Origin: an uncultured Clostridia bacterium
GTDB taxonomy: Bacteria; Bacillota; Clostridia; Christensenellales; Aristaeellaceae
Assembly: GCA_945948915.1 (NCBI GenBank)
Contig: CAMFCQ010000001.1
Span: 32,560 to 96,559 of the forward strand
Direction: 5' to 3'
Length of the DNA: 64,000 nucleotides
The notes under the pieces are model-generated. The model was not told where the DNA came from. It searched no databases and was given only the letters and a program-made list of their open reading frames with translations. Each line of letters opens with the position of its first letter. Position 1 is the first letter of the stretch. Shown piece after piece: positions 11,101-18,585 of the stretch. The position numbers and the translations under genes are program-made.

Positions 11101-14100
11101 GGCTGCCCTCTGCGTCGTAATAGGTCGTCAGCGTCACACGTCCGCGCGTGTCGTATTCGTAGCCCATCGCCGCATAGCCGCCGCCGCACGTGTACGGCAC
11201 GCCAGAGGCGCTGATGTACGTCTCGCGGATCAGGCGGCTGTACGCATCGTACACCAGATCCACGCCCGCGTAGCCGCGCAGGCAGTTGGTCATCTGCCCC
11301 GCCTTGTCCAGATACCGCACGGCGGTCTGCTGCCCGCGCGCGTCGTAGCTGAACGCAACGCTCGCATATCCTTCGGCGTGCATCGCCGGCAGGCCGTCCG
11401 CATCCAGATAGCTCACCCGAGTGACATTGAGCCGCTCATCATAGGTGTAGGAAACCATCGCGTAGCCGCTGAGCATCATCGGCTGGCCGTCCACGCCCAG
11501 GTACTGCTCGGTGAGCACCTTGCCCTGCGCGCTGTACGTCCTGCGCATACCGGCATAGCCGGAGCTGCCCGCGCAGCGTTCCCCGTTTTCATCCAGGTAA
11601 CTGATCTCGGTGCAGTTGCCCGCCGCGTCATAGGCGTATTCGCACTGCGCATAGCCCATGGACTTGACCATCACCGGCCGGCTGTCCGCGTCCAGATAGG
11701 ACTCTCTCGTCAGCCTGCCCTGTCCGTCGTAGGTATACCGCACGCCGGCGTAGCCCTCGCTCGTCATTGCCGGCTGCCCGTCGAGGCCCACATACGTCAT
11801 GCTCGCCAGGTATCCGCCCGCGGCATAGGTCACATCCACGCCCGCCGCACCGGAGGCGTTCAGCGCCAGGCTGCCGTCCGCGCCGTAGTAGCGCTCACTC
11901 ACCTTTCGGCGCTGCGCATCATAGCCGTAGCTGACCGCCGCATAGCCGTCCGCCGTCACGCTCAGCTGCCCGTATGCATTGGTATAGGACACGCTCAGCA
12001 GGTTGCCCACGCCGTCATAGACATAGCTCTTGGCCGCGTAGCCCGCCTTGTTGTCGCACAGACTGCCCGCCGCGTCATAATACCGCTCATTCAGCGTCCT
12101 GCCCAGCGCGTCATATTCGATGCCGACGGAGGCATAGCCGCCGCTGGTGAGAATCGCCTCGCCCGCCGCGTTCATGTAGGTCTGCCTCGTCACGCGTCCC
12201 AGCCGGTCATAACTCATCAGCCGCTGGGCGTAGCCCTCCAGCGTGTCCACGCATACACCCGCCGCATCGACGTACTGCTCCAGCAGCACATTGCCGTAGC
12301 TGTCGTAGGTGTAGACCACCGCCGCGTAGCCGCTGAGCTGGTAGAACGGCTCGCCGTTCACATCGACATAGCCCATCTGCGTCAGCCTGCCCAGCCGGTC
12401 ATAGACCGTGTTCACGCCCGCATAGCCGGAGCGGCATACCGTCGGCGCGCCGTTCACGTCCAGATAGCGCACGGTGAGCTGCCTGCCCAGCGCGTCATAG
12501 GTGTATTCCTCGCTGGCGTAGCCGTCCGTGCAGAAGGCCGTCTGATCCTCGCCGTTCAGGAAATCCTTTCGGATCAGGTTCTGCTTCGTGTCATAGGTGT
12601 AGCGCACCGCCGCGTAGCCGTCAGACAGCTGCACCGGCACGCCCGCCGCGCTCATGTACCGCTCATAGGTCAGCTTGCCCGCAGGGCTGTATGCCTGCTC
12701 GACATAGGCATAGCCCTCTGAGCCGGTCGTCAGCTGGCCGTTTGCATCCAGATAGCGTGTGGAGGTTTTGCGGCCCAGGTTGTCATAGGTGTATTCCACC
12801 TGTGCAAAGCCGCCGGTGCCGGTCATCATCTGCCCGTTCGCATCCAGATACGTCTCGCGGATCACGCGGTCCAAGCTGTCGTAGGTGTACGTCAGCGCCG
12901 CATAGCCGCCCGCGGAGATCATCGGCTGGCCGCTGGCGTCCACATAGGTGGTGCCCAGCAGATTGCCGCGCGTGTCGTAGGCCATGTTTGCGCCGGCTGC
13001 GCCTATGGCCGAAATCGTCAGGCTGCCGGACGCGTCGTAATACCGCTCGGCAATCAGCCTGCCGCGCGCATCGTAGGTATAGGACGCCATGGCGTAGCCG
13101 TCCGGCGTCACGCAGCGCTGGCCGTTTTCATCCAGGTATTCTATCTGCGTGCAGTTGCCGTCCGCATCAAACGTCCGGTTCACCGACGCATAGCCGCCGG
13201 CCATCATGCGCAGCGCGCCGTCCGTACCGTAATAGCGCTCCTGCGTGCAGTTGCCGTCCCCGTCATAGGTGAAGCTGACGGCGGCATAGCCCGCGCTGCC
13301 TTCGCAGAGCTGAGCGTCCGCACCGTAAAAGCTCTGCTGTGTAATCCGATCCTCCTTGTCGTAGGCCACCGTCACACACGCGTAACCTTCAGAGCCCACA
13401 GTCAGGCCGCCGTAGCCGTCCTCATAGGCCGTCTGAATCAGCCTGTCCTCCTCGTCATAGGCGAAGGAGACCGCGCAGTAGCCTTCCGCGCCCGGCGTAG
13501 GATCGCCCTGCACATCCAGATACGCCGTGCGAATCAGGCGCTCGTCCTCGTCGTAGTCCTCGCGAACCTGCGCATAGCCCATACCGGTGAGCACCAGCTC
13601 GCCCTGCGCATTCATGTACTGCGTGGAGACGATGTTGCCGTTGTCGTCAAGCTCATAGCGGCACATCGCGTAGCCGTCCGCGTTCACGATGCTCTGTCCC
13701 TGCGCGTCCAGATACCGCTCCTCGGTCACCTCGCCGTGTGCGTTGTAGCTGTACGCCACAGCTTCATAGCCGGCTTTTGTCGCTGTCGCCTGGCCGTTTT
13801 CATCGAACCAGGAAATGCCGCTGACATTGCCCATCGCGTCGTACGCGTATTTGGCCTGCGCATAGCCCTCGCTGCCGCAGACCGGGCTGCCCTCAAGATC
13901 CAGCAGCGTCGCCGTTGCCATGAGACCCACATCGTTGTAGGTATAAGCCGTGGAGGCGCCGCCGTTTTTGCCGAAGGTCGCCTGGCCGTCCTCATCGTAG
14001 TAGCTTTCCTTCAGGACGTTGCCGCGCACATCGTTTTCAAAGCTGCGCGACGCGTAGCCCTCCGCGCTGCGGATCGGCTCTCCGTCCTTGCCGAAGTAAG

Positions 14101-17017
14101 ACTCGCGCACAACGAGGTTCTGACCGTCGTATTCATAGGCCTTCTCGCTGAATCCCTCGTCTGTCAGCACGCGCTCGCCGCCCGCGTCGAGGTAGCGCTC
14201 GCGGGTCACGTTGCCCATCGAATCATAGTCACGCTCGACCGCTGCATAGCCGCCCTCCAGCTCGATGGGATTCCCATCGGCATCCAGATACGTCTCCCGC
14301 AGCACCTTGCCGCCCGTGCCGTTGATGCGCACGACCACCGCGTAACCGTCGTCGCACATCACGGTTTCGCCGTTCAGGCCCAGAAACGTCATCCGGCAGA
14401 CCGCGCCATAGTCGTCGTATTCGTAAGCCACCGCCGCGTAGCCGTCCTCGCAGAGGATGGGCTGGCCGCTTTCGTCGAGATAGCTGTCCTTTACCTTTTT
14501 GTCGGTGCGCTCGTCATACGCGTAGGCGATCGAGGCATAGCCCTGCTCCACCACAGTCGTTTGCCCATCCGCCCCCAGGAAGGTGTCCATCACCTTGCTG
14601 CCGGTGCGGTCGTCATAGGCGGAAACCACCGCCGCATAGCCCTCGCCCTTCAGCTCCGCCATCTGATCATCCGCATTCAGGTATTCCGTGCGCGTCAGGC
14701 GGCGCCTGCCGTCATAGGTGTATTGAATAGAAGCGTAGCCTGCATCCAGCTCATACGGCTTTCCGTCCGCATCCAGGTAATTGACGCGGGTATTCTGCCT
14801 GAACTGATCATATTCATAGGTGACCTGCGTGTAGCCTTCTTCCGTCCTGGCAGGCTCGCCGTCAGCGTTCACCTGCACGCTGGAGACGACATTGCCGTAT
14901 ACATCGTAGGTGTTTCGCGTGCCTGCATTGCCGCGGGAGACCTCCTGCACCTCGCCGTACACGTTGTAATAGGTCGAGGAAAGCATGTTGCCGCGCTGAT
15001 CGTAGGTGTAGCTGGCAGACGCATAGCCGCCGCTGCCCAGCACCGCGTTGCCGTTCAGATCGTAAAACGCTTCAGAAAGCGTCTTGCCCTGCAGGTTCTC
15101 ATACGTCACGCGCACGGCGTAGCCGTCCGAGGACATCACAGGATTGCCGTCCATGTCGCAGAAGGTGGCCGTGATGGTTTCGCCCAGCACGTCGCGCTCG
15201 TATTCGTACTGAATCTGCGCATAGCCGGCCGGCAGCGTCATGTGCTCGCCGTCCGCATTGCAGTACCACTCGCGAATCACGTTGCGCATCGCATCGTATT
15301 CGCACTCGGTGTAGGCCGCGCCGCCGCCGCTGACGATCAGCGTCCCGTCGACGTCGTAGCTCTGCGTGCTCACCTCGTCGCCGAACACCGTATTGGTCTT
15401 CACCGTTTTGAACACGCCGTCATTGTTGCGCACGGGGTTTCCGTTCTCGTCGTAGTACGCCTCGCCCGCGTCAAAGCCGTTCTCGTCGTAGCTGCGGCGC
15501 ACCTCCTGGTAGCCGTCGTTGCTCAGCGCGCCGTTGTCTTCCGTGTCAAAGTACTGCTCGCTGATGACCTGGTTCTCCGCAGAGTAATCCATGGTCTTGT
15601 AGCTGTAGCCGTTGCTGGTAATCATCGGCTTGCCGTTCTCATCGAGGTAGTTCTCGCGGATCACGTTGTCCAGATCGTCGTACTCGTAGCTGATCTGCGC
15701 GCAGCCCTCCTTGATTGCGTAAACCGCGTGGCCTTTCGGATCCTTGAACTCCTTGAGAACGAGGATGCGCTTGTATTTCTGCGGGATCAGCTCGTAGGTG
15801 TACTCGATGCGGCTGTAGCCGCCCGCGGCAATCACCTCGTCGCCGTTCTCGTCGTAGTAAATCTCCTTGGAGAGGTATTTCTTGTTCTCGTAGATATACT
15901 CCACCGATGCATAGCCCTTGTCCGGCATCATCATCAGCTTGTTGTTCGTGTCGTAATAGCGCTCATAGCCCTGCTGTTCATGCATGGTATAGGCCGTCTT
16001 GTAGCGCCAGTAGCCCGCTGCGCAGGCAACGGGGTCGCCGTTCATGTCGTAGTAGCGCGTTTCGATCATGCGGTCGTTGGCATCGTAATCATACTCCACG
16101 CGCGCATAGCCCTTGCTGCAGTTCACCCGCTCCCCGTTCGCGTCGTAGTACTCCTCGCTGATGGGCTGTGCGGCCGGGCGGTCATCCTTTCTGTCGTAGG
16201 TCTTCACCATGCGCGCATAGCCGTCGCTCATGTTGATGAGCGCATCGCTCTCGTCGAAGTACGCGATCTCGGTGATGCGGTCAAAACCGTCCATCTTGAC
16301 CTCATAGCGCGCATAGCCGGCGCTCTCCACATAGACCTGATTGCCATCGGTGTCATAGTAGACTTCCTTGACCAGCTGCTTGCGCTTGTACTCGCGCTCC
16401 ACATACGCCCAGCCCTCTTCGCACAGGGCATAATTGCCGTATTCGTCAAAGTATTCCACCTTGGTGGTGTAGCCCGTCTCGGTATCGATGGTGTTGACCA
16501 TCTGTGCCCAGTAGCCGCGCTGCTTGCAGAGTCTGCCCTCCGTGTCGTAGTAGCTGACCGACTTGAGGTGCACGCCCTGATAGGTGCGCTTCTGCTCCGC
16601 GTAGCCGTTTTCACACAGCACCAGATTGCCGTCCAGATCCTTATAGCGCTCCTCCAGGAACCATCCGAAGCCGGACCACTTGTATTCGATGGTCGCATAA
16701 CCGTACGCCGTGTTCACATGGTTGCCGTTCACGTCGTGGAAGGTTGTGCGGATGCGCGCCGGATGCCGGTTGTATTCGTGCTCGGCATAGCAGTAGAGCA
16801 TGTCGTCCGCCATCACCGGATTGCCGTTCCGGTCAACGAACGTCTCCTTTGTGTACAGGCCGTGCCGGTTCTTGACGCGTTCCACCTCCAGGCTGGTCGA
16901 TGTTTCCGCCAGCGCGGGCACAGCCGCAGCCGCCAGAGCCACGCCCAGCAGCACCGGCGCAGTCATGCCCGCCAGCCGACGCAAAAAACAAGCCTTTGTC
17001 AGGTTTCGAAGATCCAT
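8108..17017 (-). CDS. Giant secreted protein (2,969 aa) made of tandem ~36-38-aa YD-like repeats; function unknown
   Basis: Sec-type signal peptide (...GVALAAAAVPALA/ETS). From residue ~45 to the last residue there are degenerate repeats with approximate consensus GYA-x-h-x-Y-x-YD-x-x-G-x(6)-Y-h-D-x-x-G-x-P. Length divided by period suggests roughly 70-80 units; this was not counted exactly. I see no catalytic, toxin, LPXTG, SLH or choline-binding module. Confidence 0.85.
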   Translation of the reverse strand: MDLRNLTKACFLRRLAGMTAPVLLGVALAAAAVPALAETSTSLEVERVKNRHGLYTKETFVDRNGNPVMADDMLYCYAEHEYNRHPARIRTTFHDVNGNHVNTAYGYATIEYKWSGFGWFLEERYKDLDGNLVLCENGYAEQKRTYQGVHLKSVSYYDTEGRLCKQRGYWAQMVNTIDTETGYTTKVEYFDEYGNYALCEEGWAYVEREYKRKQLVKEVYYDTDGNQVYVESAGYARYEVKMDGFDRITEIAYFDESDALINMSDGYARMVKTYDRKDDRPAAQPISEEYYDANGERVNCSKGYARVEYDYDANDRMIETRYYDMNGDPVACAAGYWRYKTAYTMHEQQGYERYYDTNNKLMMMPDKGYASVEYIYENKKYLSKEIYYDENGDEVIAAGGYSRIEYTYELIPQKYKRILVLKEFKDPKGHAVYAIKEGCAQISYEYDDLDNVIRENYLDENGKPMITSNGYSYKTMDYSAENQVISEQYFDTEDNGALSNDGYQEVRRSYDENGFDAGEAYYDENGNPVRNNDGVFKTVKTNTVFGDEVSTQSYDVDGTLIVSGGGAAYTECEYDAMRNVIREWYCNADGEHMTLPAGYAQIQYEYERDVLGETITATFCDMDGNPVMSSDGYAVRVTYENLQGKTLSEAFYDLNGNAVLGSGGYASASYTYDQRGNMLSSTYYNVYGEVQEVSRGNAGTRNTYDVYGNVVSSVQVNADGEPARTEEGYTQVTYEYDQFRQNTRVNYLDADGKPYELDAGYASIQYTYDGRRRLTRTEYLNADDQMAELKGEGYAAVVSAYDDRTGSKVMDTFLGADGQTTVVEQGYASIAYAYDERTDKKVKDSYLDESGQPILCEDGYAAVAYEYDDYGAVCRMTFLGLNGETVMCDDGYAVVVRINGTGGKVLRETYLDADGNPIELEGGYAAVERDYDSMGNVTRERYLDAGGERVLTDEGFSEKAYEYDGQNLVVRESYFGKDGEPIRSAEGYASRSFENDVRGNVLKESYYDEDGQATFGKNGGASTAYTYNDVGLMATATLLDLEGSPVCGSEGYAQAKYAYDAMGNVSGISWFDENGQATATKAGYEAVAYSYNAHGEVTEERYLDAQGQSIVNADGYAMCRYELDDNGNIVSTQYMNAQGELVLTGMGYAQVREDYDEDERLIRTAYLDVQGDPTPGAEGYCAVSFAYDEEDRLIQTAYEDGYGGLTVGSEGYACVTVAYDKEDRITQQSFYGADAQLCEGSAGYAAVSFTYDGDGNCTQERYYGTDGALRMMAGGYASVNRTFDADGNCTQIEYLDENGQRCVTPDGYAMASYTYDARGRLIAERYYDASGSLTISAIGAAGANMAYDTRGNLLGTTYVDASGQPMISAGGYAALTYTYDSLDRVIRETYLDANGQMMTGTGGFAQVEYTYDNLGRKTSTRYLDANGQLTTGSEGYAYVEQAYSPAGKLTYERYMSAAGVPVQLSDGYAAVRYTYDTKQNLIRKDFLNGEDQTAFCTDGYASEEYTYDALGRQLTVRYLDVNGAPTVCRSGYAGVNTVYDRLGRLTQMGYVDVNGEPFYQLSGYAAVVYTYDSYGNVLLEQYVDAAGVCVDTLEGYAQRLMSYDRLGRVTRQTYMNAAGEAILTSGGYASVGIEYDALGRTLNERYYDAAGSLCDNKAGYAAKSYVYDGVGNLLSVSYTNAYGQLSVTADGYAAVSYGYDAQRRKVSERYYGADGSLALNASGAAGVDVTYAAGGYLASMTYVGLDGQPAMTSEGYAGVRYTYDGQGRLTRESYLDADSRPVMVKSMGYAQCEYAYDAAGNCTEISYLDENGERCAGSSGYAGMRRTYSAQGKVLTEQYLGVDGQPMMLSGYAMVSYTYDERLNVTRVSYLDADGLPAMHAEGYASVAFSYDARGQQTAVRYLDKAGQMTNCLRGYAGVDLVYDAYSRLIRETYISASGVPYTCGGGYAAMGYEYDTRGRVTLTTYYDAEGSPVTTLMGYAKIAVQYDVFSRVTRMSYLDPQDQLVLTSSGYAAIGYEYDTLSRVTRETYYGTDGGMKLLSGCYAEKMFAYDEHGNVTREAYGDGWGNLVRIPDGYAALERDYDAHNLLIALRYLDTDNQLTGIADGYASLEYRYNELDQLVYERYLGEDGRPVCLSGGYAAVGYAYDEAGNKSLEAFYDEFEQPVMLKAGYAAIRYGYDAARNVTRITYLNRAHEPVMISDGYAQIEFAFDEKNRQTLQRYLDAAGQPVNISAGYAWIEVDWSDDGLIQWKRVYNRLGELCRQTDGAWMIRTTSSDDGMLIEQAYLDQDGNPMRGSGDYSIIRFGYDSMRRQNLVAYFDLNGNPIRTSLGYASMHMVYDDAGRLLRRSFAGADGQATRIKAGYAAIEYSYDAWGNTTQTRYYDETGSLMITSQGYAILEHTYDESGNLVREAYLNPWYGLMNGPNGCAYILYERDENGYATRVSYYDEQNNPVTVGGFAALIYEYDERGNRIYEAFVGEDGQQITRSGMAASVRYTYDERDNLIEFWYYGLDGQIVVSPWGYSGQRMTYDERGNRTSITNLNAEGEPTFGSGRYARVTYAYDENDNKIEECYYNPDGEFFISNYGYARQTFTYDAAGNITERRAYNEKGEVCDYGRMYAIQKYTYDALGNLVRMEYYESDGVPGRNEIGAAAMEREFDENGNVIREAFLAADGGLYMTTYGYAARTAQYDVNGCLTGETYLDGDGNPVKILAGYASASYVCDWRGLPVEIRYYDQFGQPVRNEEGYEVLEQDYDANGAVIYQAYYLNDGTPVKCSEGYEAKEIQVDMFSRAVLERYLDANGNPTQAYSGAAQARMTYDSDDVSVPATRTYEDSNGQEIVTSEGYTRIAYVYDGFDRVLEEYYQDAEGNPVTTSKGYQAKRYTRDMMDRVVSEACYMADLKTKVNSTDGYCEIAYGYDSNSNVVKITYYGANGWGAADKDGVNRIEREYDERGNLLWEKKYDLSMKLIN

Positions 17018-17115
17018 GTATTGTACACCTCAAACAATCGCGCAGGTTGTCCCGTGTTTCTGTAACGATTTCGCAATGAATTACCCATATAATATTTCAT
17101 ATGGCTATTCACTTT

Positions 17116-17144
17116 ATTATATCACAGTGCCAATCACGATTCAA
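17116..17144 (-). promoter_or_regulatory. Sigma-A type promoter of the giant repeat gene / EPS operon
   Basis: Reverse strand reads TTGAAT (17144-17139), a 17-nt spacer, then TATAAT (17121-17116). It sits ~95 nt upstream of the start codon in an AT-rich patch. Confidence 0.6.
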
Positions 17145-17145
17145 C

Positions 17146-17183
17146 AAAAAATCCCTTTCTGTCATCAGATGACAAAAAGGGAT
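17146..17183 (-). terminator. Intrinsic terminator after the S24/S26 peptidase gene
   Basis: Reverse strand has TCCCTTTTTGTCAT-CTG-ATGACAGAAAGGGA (13 bp, 1 mismatch) followed by TTTTTTG, 7 nt after the stop codon. Confidence 0.8.
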
Positions 17184-17189
17184 CACAAA

Positions 17190-17651
17190 TCAGCGGATAA
17201 AATGTGCATATGCCTGGGCAATCAGCGGGCGAAGCGGGATGAGCTTTGTCCATACGCGCGCAAAGAACGTCCACCAGAAATCCCCGGGCTCGATGAGCCT
17301 GCCCTTGCGCCTGACGCGCGTGATGATCGCAAAGATCTGATCTCGGCGCACGCCGCGCTCGATTTCCGTCTGCGCGTCGCCGATGATGTCGTAGACCTCA
17401 CCGCGCGCGCGCAGGATGCGGTGCATGACGTATTGCCCATTGTCCCGCTGGTAAAACACGATATCGCCTGCGCGCAGCGGGCGATCCGGCTTCCGGAAAT
17501 AAATCGTATCGCGCAGGTGGATGAGGAACGGACTCATGCTGCTGCCCGAGACCAGCATGCTGACCTCGTGCCCCTCCTCCACCAGACCGCGCAGCACACC
17601 GACGTATTCCGCCGTATTGACCCGCCGCACAGCTGGCTTCTTCTGTTCCAT
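17190..17651 (-). CDS. S24/S26-family serine peptidase, Ser/His (SipW/ER-like) type, without an N-terminal membrane anchor
   Basis: SGSSMSPFL provides the nucleophile Ser, GDIVFY the beta-strand, and YVMHRIL a His where bacterial type I SPases have Lys. The N-terminus (MEQKKPAVRRVNTAEYVG) is not hydrophobic. ATG 17651 lies 2 nt after the stop of the upstream gene; the track start is 17687. Confidence 0.65.
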   Translation of the reverse strand: MEQKKPAVRRVNTAEYVGVLRGLVEEGHEVSMLVSGSSMSPFLIHLRDTIYFRKPDRPLRAGDIVFYQRDNGQYVMHRILRARGEVYDIIGDAQTEIERGVRRDQIFAIITRVRRKGRLIEPGDFWWTFFARVWTKLIPLRPLIAQAYAHFIR

Positions 17652-17653
17652 CG

Positions 17654-18523
17654 TCACTTCGCCTTTCTGAGCTCGTTTTCCAGACACGCGACCGCTTCCT
17701 CCGAGATCGTGCAGCTCAAATGGTAGACCGGCACCTGCGTAGCCAGCTGCTCAATCAGGTCCATCGCCCGCCGCTGCGCGTCCCGGTTCCAGAAATTGAC
17801 GGTGATCTGGCTGTAAATCTGCGTAAACGCCGCAAACGGCTCAAGCCGGCTGACGGTGTTTTCCTTGCCCTGACTGAGCATCACGATTGCGCGGATGGGC
17901 ATGGCCTCGTCATGGCACACGCCCGAGGAGCCGCACACCGGCCAGCCGCCTGCCGTCCACACGCCGTCCACCGCGCGCAGCAGCCCCCTGTCGCCGTTGA
18001 CGACGCGCGTGCCGCGGTGCTTCTCCCAGAGCGTCGCCTGCGTCGTCTTGCCCGTGCCGCTGGGCGCGGAAAAGAGGATCGCCTTCCCTTCCCATTCCAT
18101 GTAGGCGCAGTGCAGCACAAGGGCGTCCCTGCGCATCATGTGCCGCTCCATGGCGAACATCGCCAGAAACATGGGATCCGGCCATGTCGCGCCGGCTGCC
18201 GCGCTGACCATCAGGATCGTCGCGCGGCAAGCGTCCTCCTCGCGGTAGCAGGCGTAAAACCCGGGCGTGCCCATCACGCCGATATAGCGCATCTCCAGCC
18301 CATCCTGCTCAAACACCGCCAGATCGGGCCGCTGCGCAATCAATCTGCCGCGCGGCTGGGGGAAGCTGTCTGTCAGCTCCAGCGTATAGGTATAGGAAGG
18401 CTCGCCCGCGTCCCGGGCAAACAGCATGAAGTTCTCCGGCGGCGTCACGCTGTCCGGGCAAATCAGCCGAAAACAGAAATCCCCGATTGCAAATGTCCTG
18501 TCCACGGCGCGCACCTCCTGCAT
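17654..18523 (-). CDS. Uncharacterised P-loop protein resembling the HPr-kinase C-terminal domain (HprK-like)
   Basis: 289 aa. Walker A is FSAPSGTGKTTQATLW, followed by VVNGDRGLL. The N-terminal half has no motifs I recognise. An alternative start is GVG-free GTG 18505, 8 nt after AGGAGG. The family call is tentative. Confidence 0.45.
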   Translation of the reverse strand: MQEVRAVDRTFAIGDFCFRLICPDSVTPPENFMLFARDAGEPSYTYTLELTDSFPQPRGRLIAQRPDLAVFEQDGLEMRYIGVMGTPGFYACYREEDACRATILMVSAAAGATWPDPMFLAMFAMERHMMRRDALVLHCAYMEWEGKAILFSAPSGTGKTTQATLWEKHRGTRVVNGDRGLLRAVDGVWTAGGWPVCGSSGVCHDEAMPIRAIVMLSQGKENTVSRLEPFAAFTQIYSQITVNFWNRDAQRRAMDLIEQLATQVPVYHLSCTISEEAVACLENELRKAK

Positions 18524-18585
18524 ACGGCAGCGAATTGTTCGTCTGTAAGCGTATCACGTTTCGCCCCAGCCGTCAAGCGCCGTCC

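Noticed and set aside
5894-12721. Very long plus-strand ORFs: 5894..12721 (2,275 aa), 13736..17065, 19156..22479, 24709..26904, 36913..38664, 39043..41139, 43905..45362, 47981..49726, 50120..53077 and 58099..60693.
   Set aside because: All lie antisense to minus-strand genes with clear family motifs, RBSs and sensible composition. Their products are Arg/Ala/His/Val/Gly-rich low-complexity strings with no motifs. They are the expected shadow frames of GC3-rich genes that avoid TTA, CTA and TCA.
8108-17017. Interpreting the giant repeat protein as an Rhs/polymorphic toxin.
   Set aside because: It has no N-terminal trafficking domain beyond a Sec signal. It has no Rhs core-end motif and no divergent C-terminal tip. 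No small immunity-like ORF lies downstream; the next gene is cpsC-D, 45 nt away. The repeats run to the final residue.
17190-18523. Calling the P-loop/peptidase pair a lasso-peptide or other RiPP cluster, or a dedicated signal peptidase for the giant protein.
   Set aside because: No precursor peptide ORF, PqqD-like, cyclase, radical-SAM/SPASM or exporter gene is adjacent. A strong terminator plus a separate promoter separates the pair from the giant gene. The peptidase also lacks a membrane anchor. It is kept only as an open question linked to the hyd operon.
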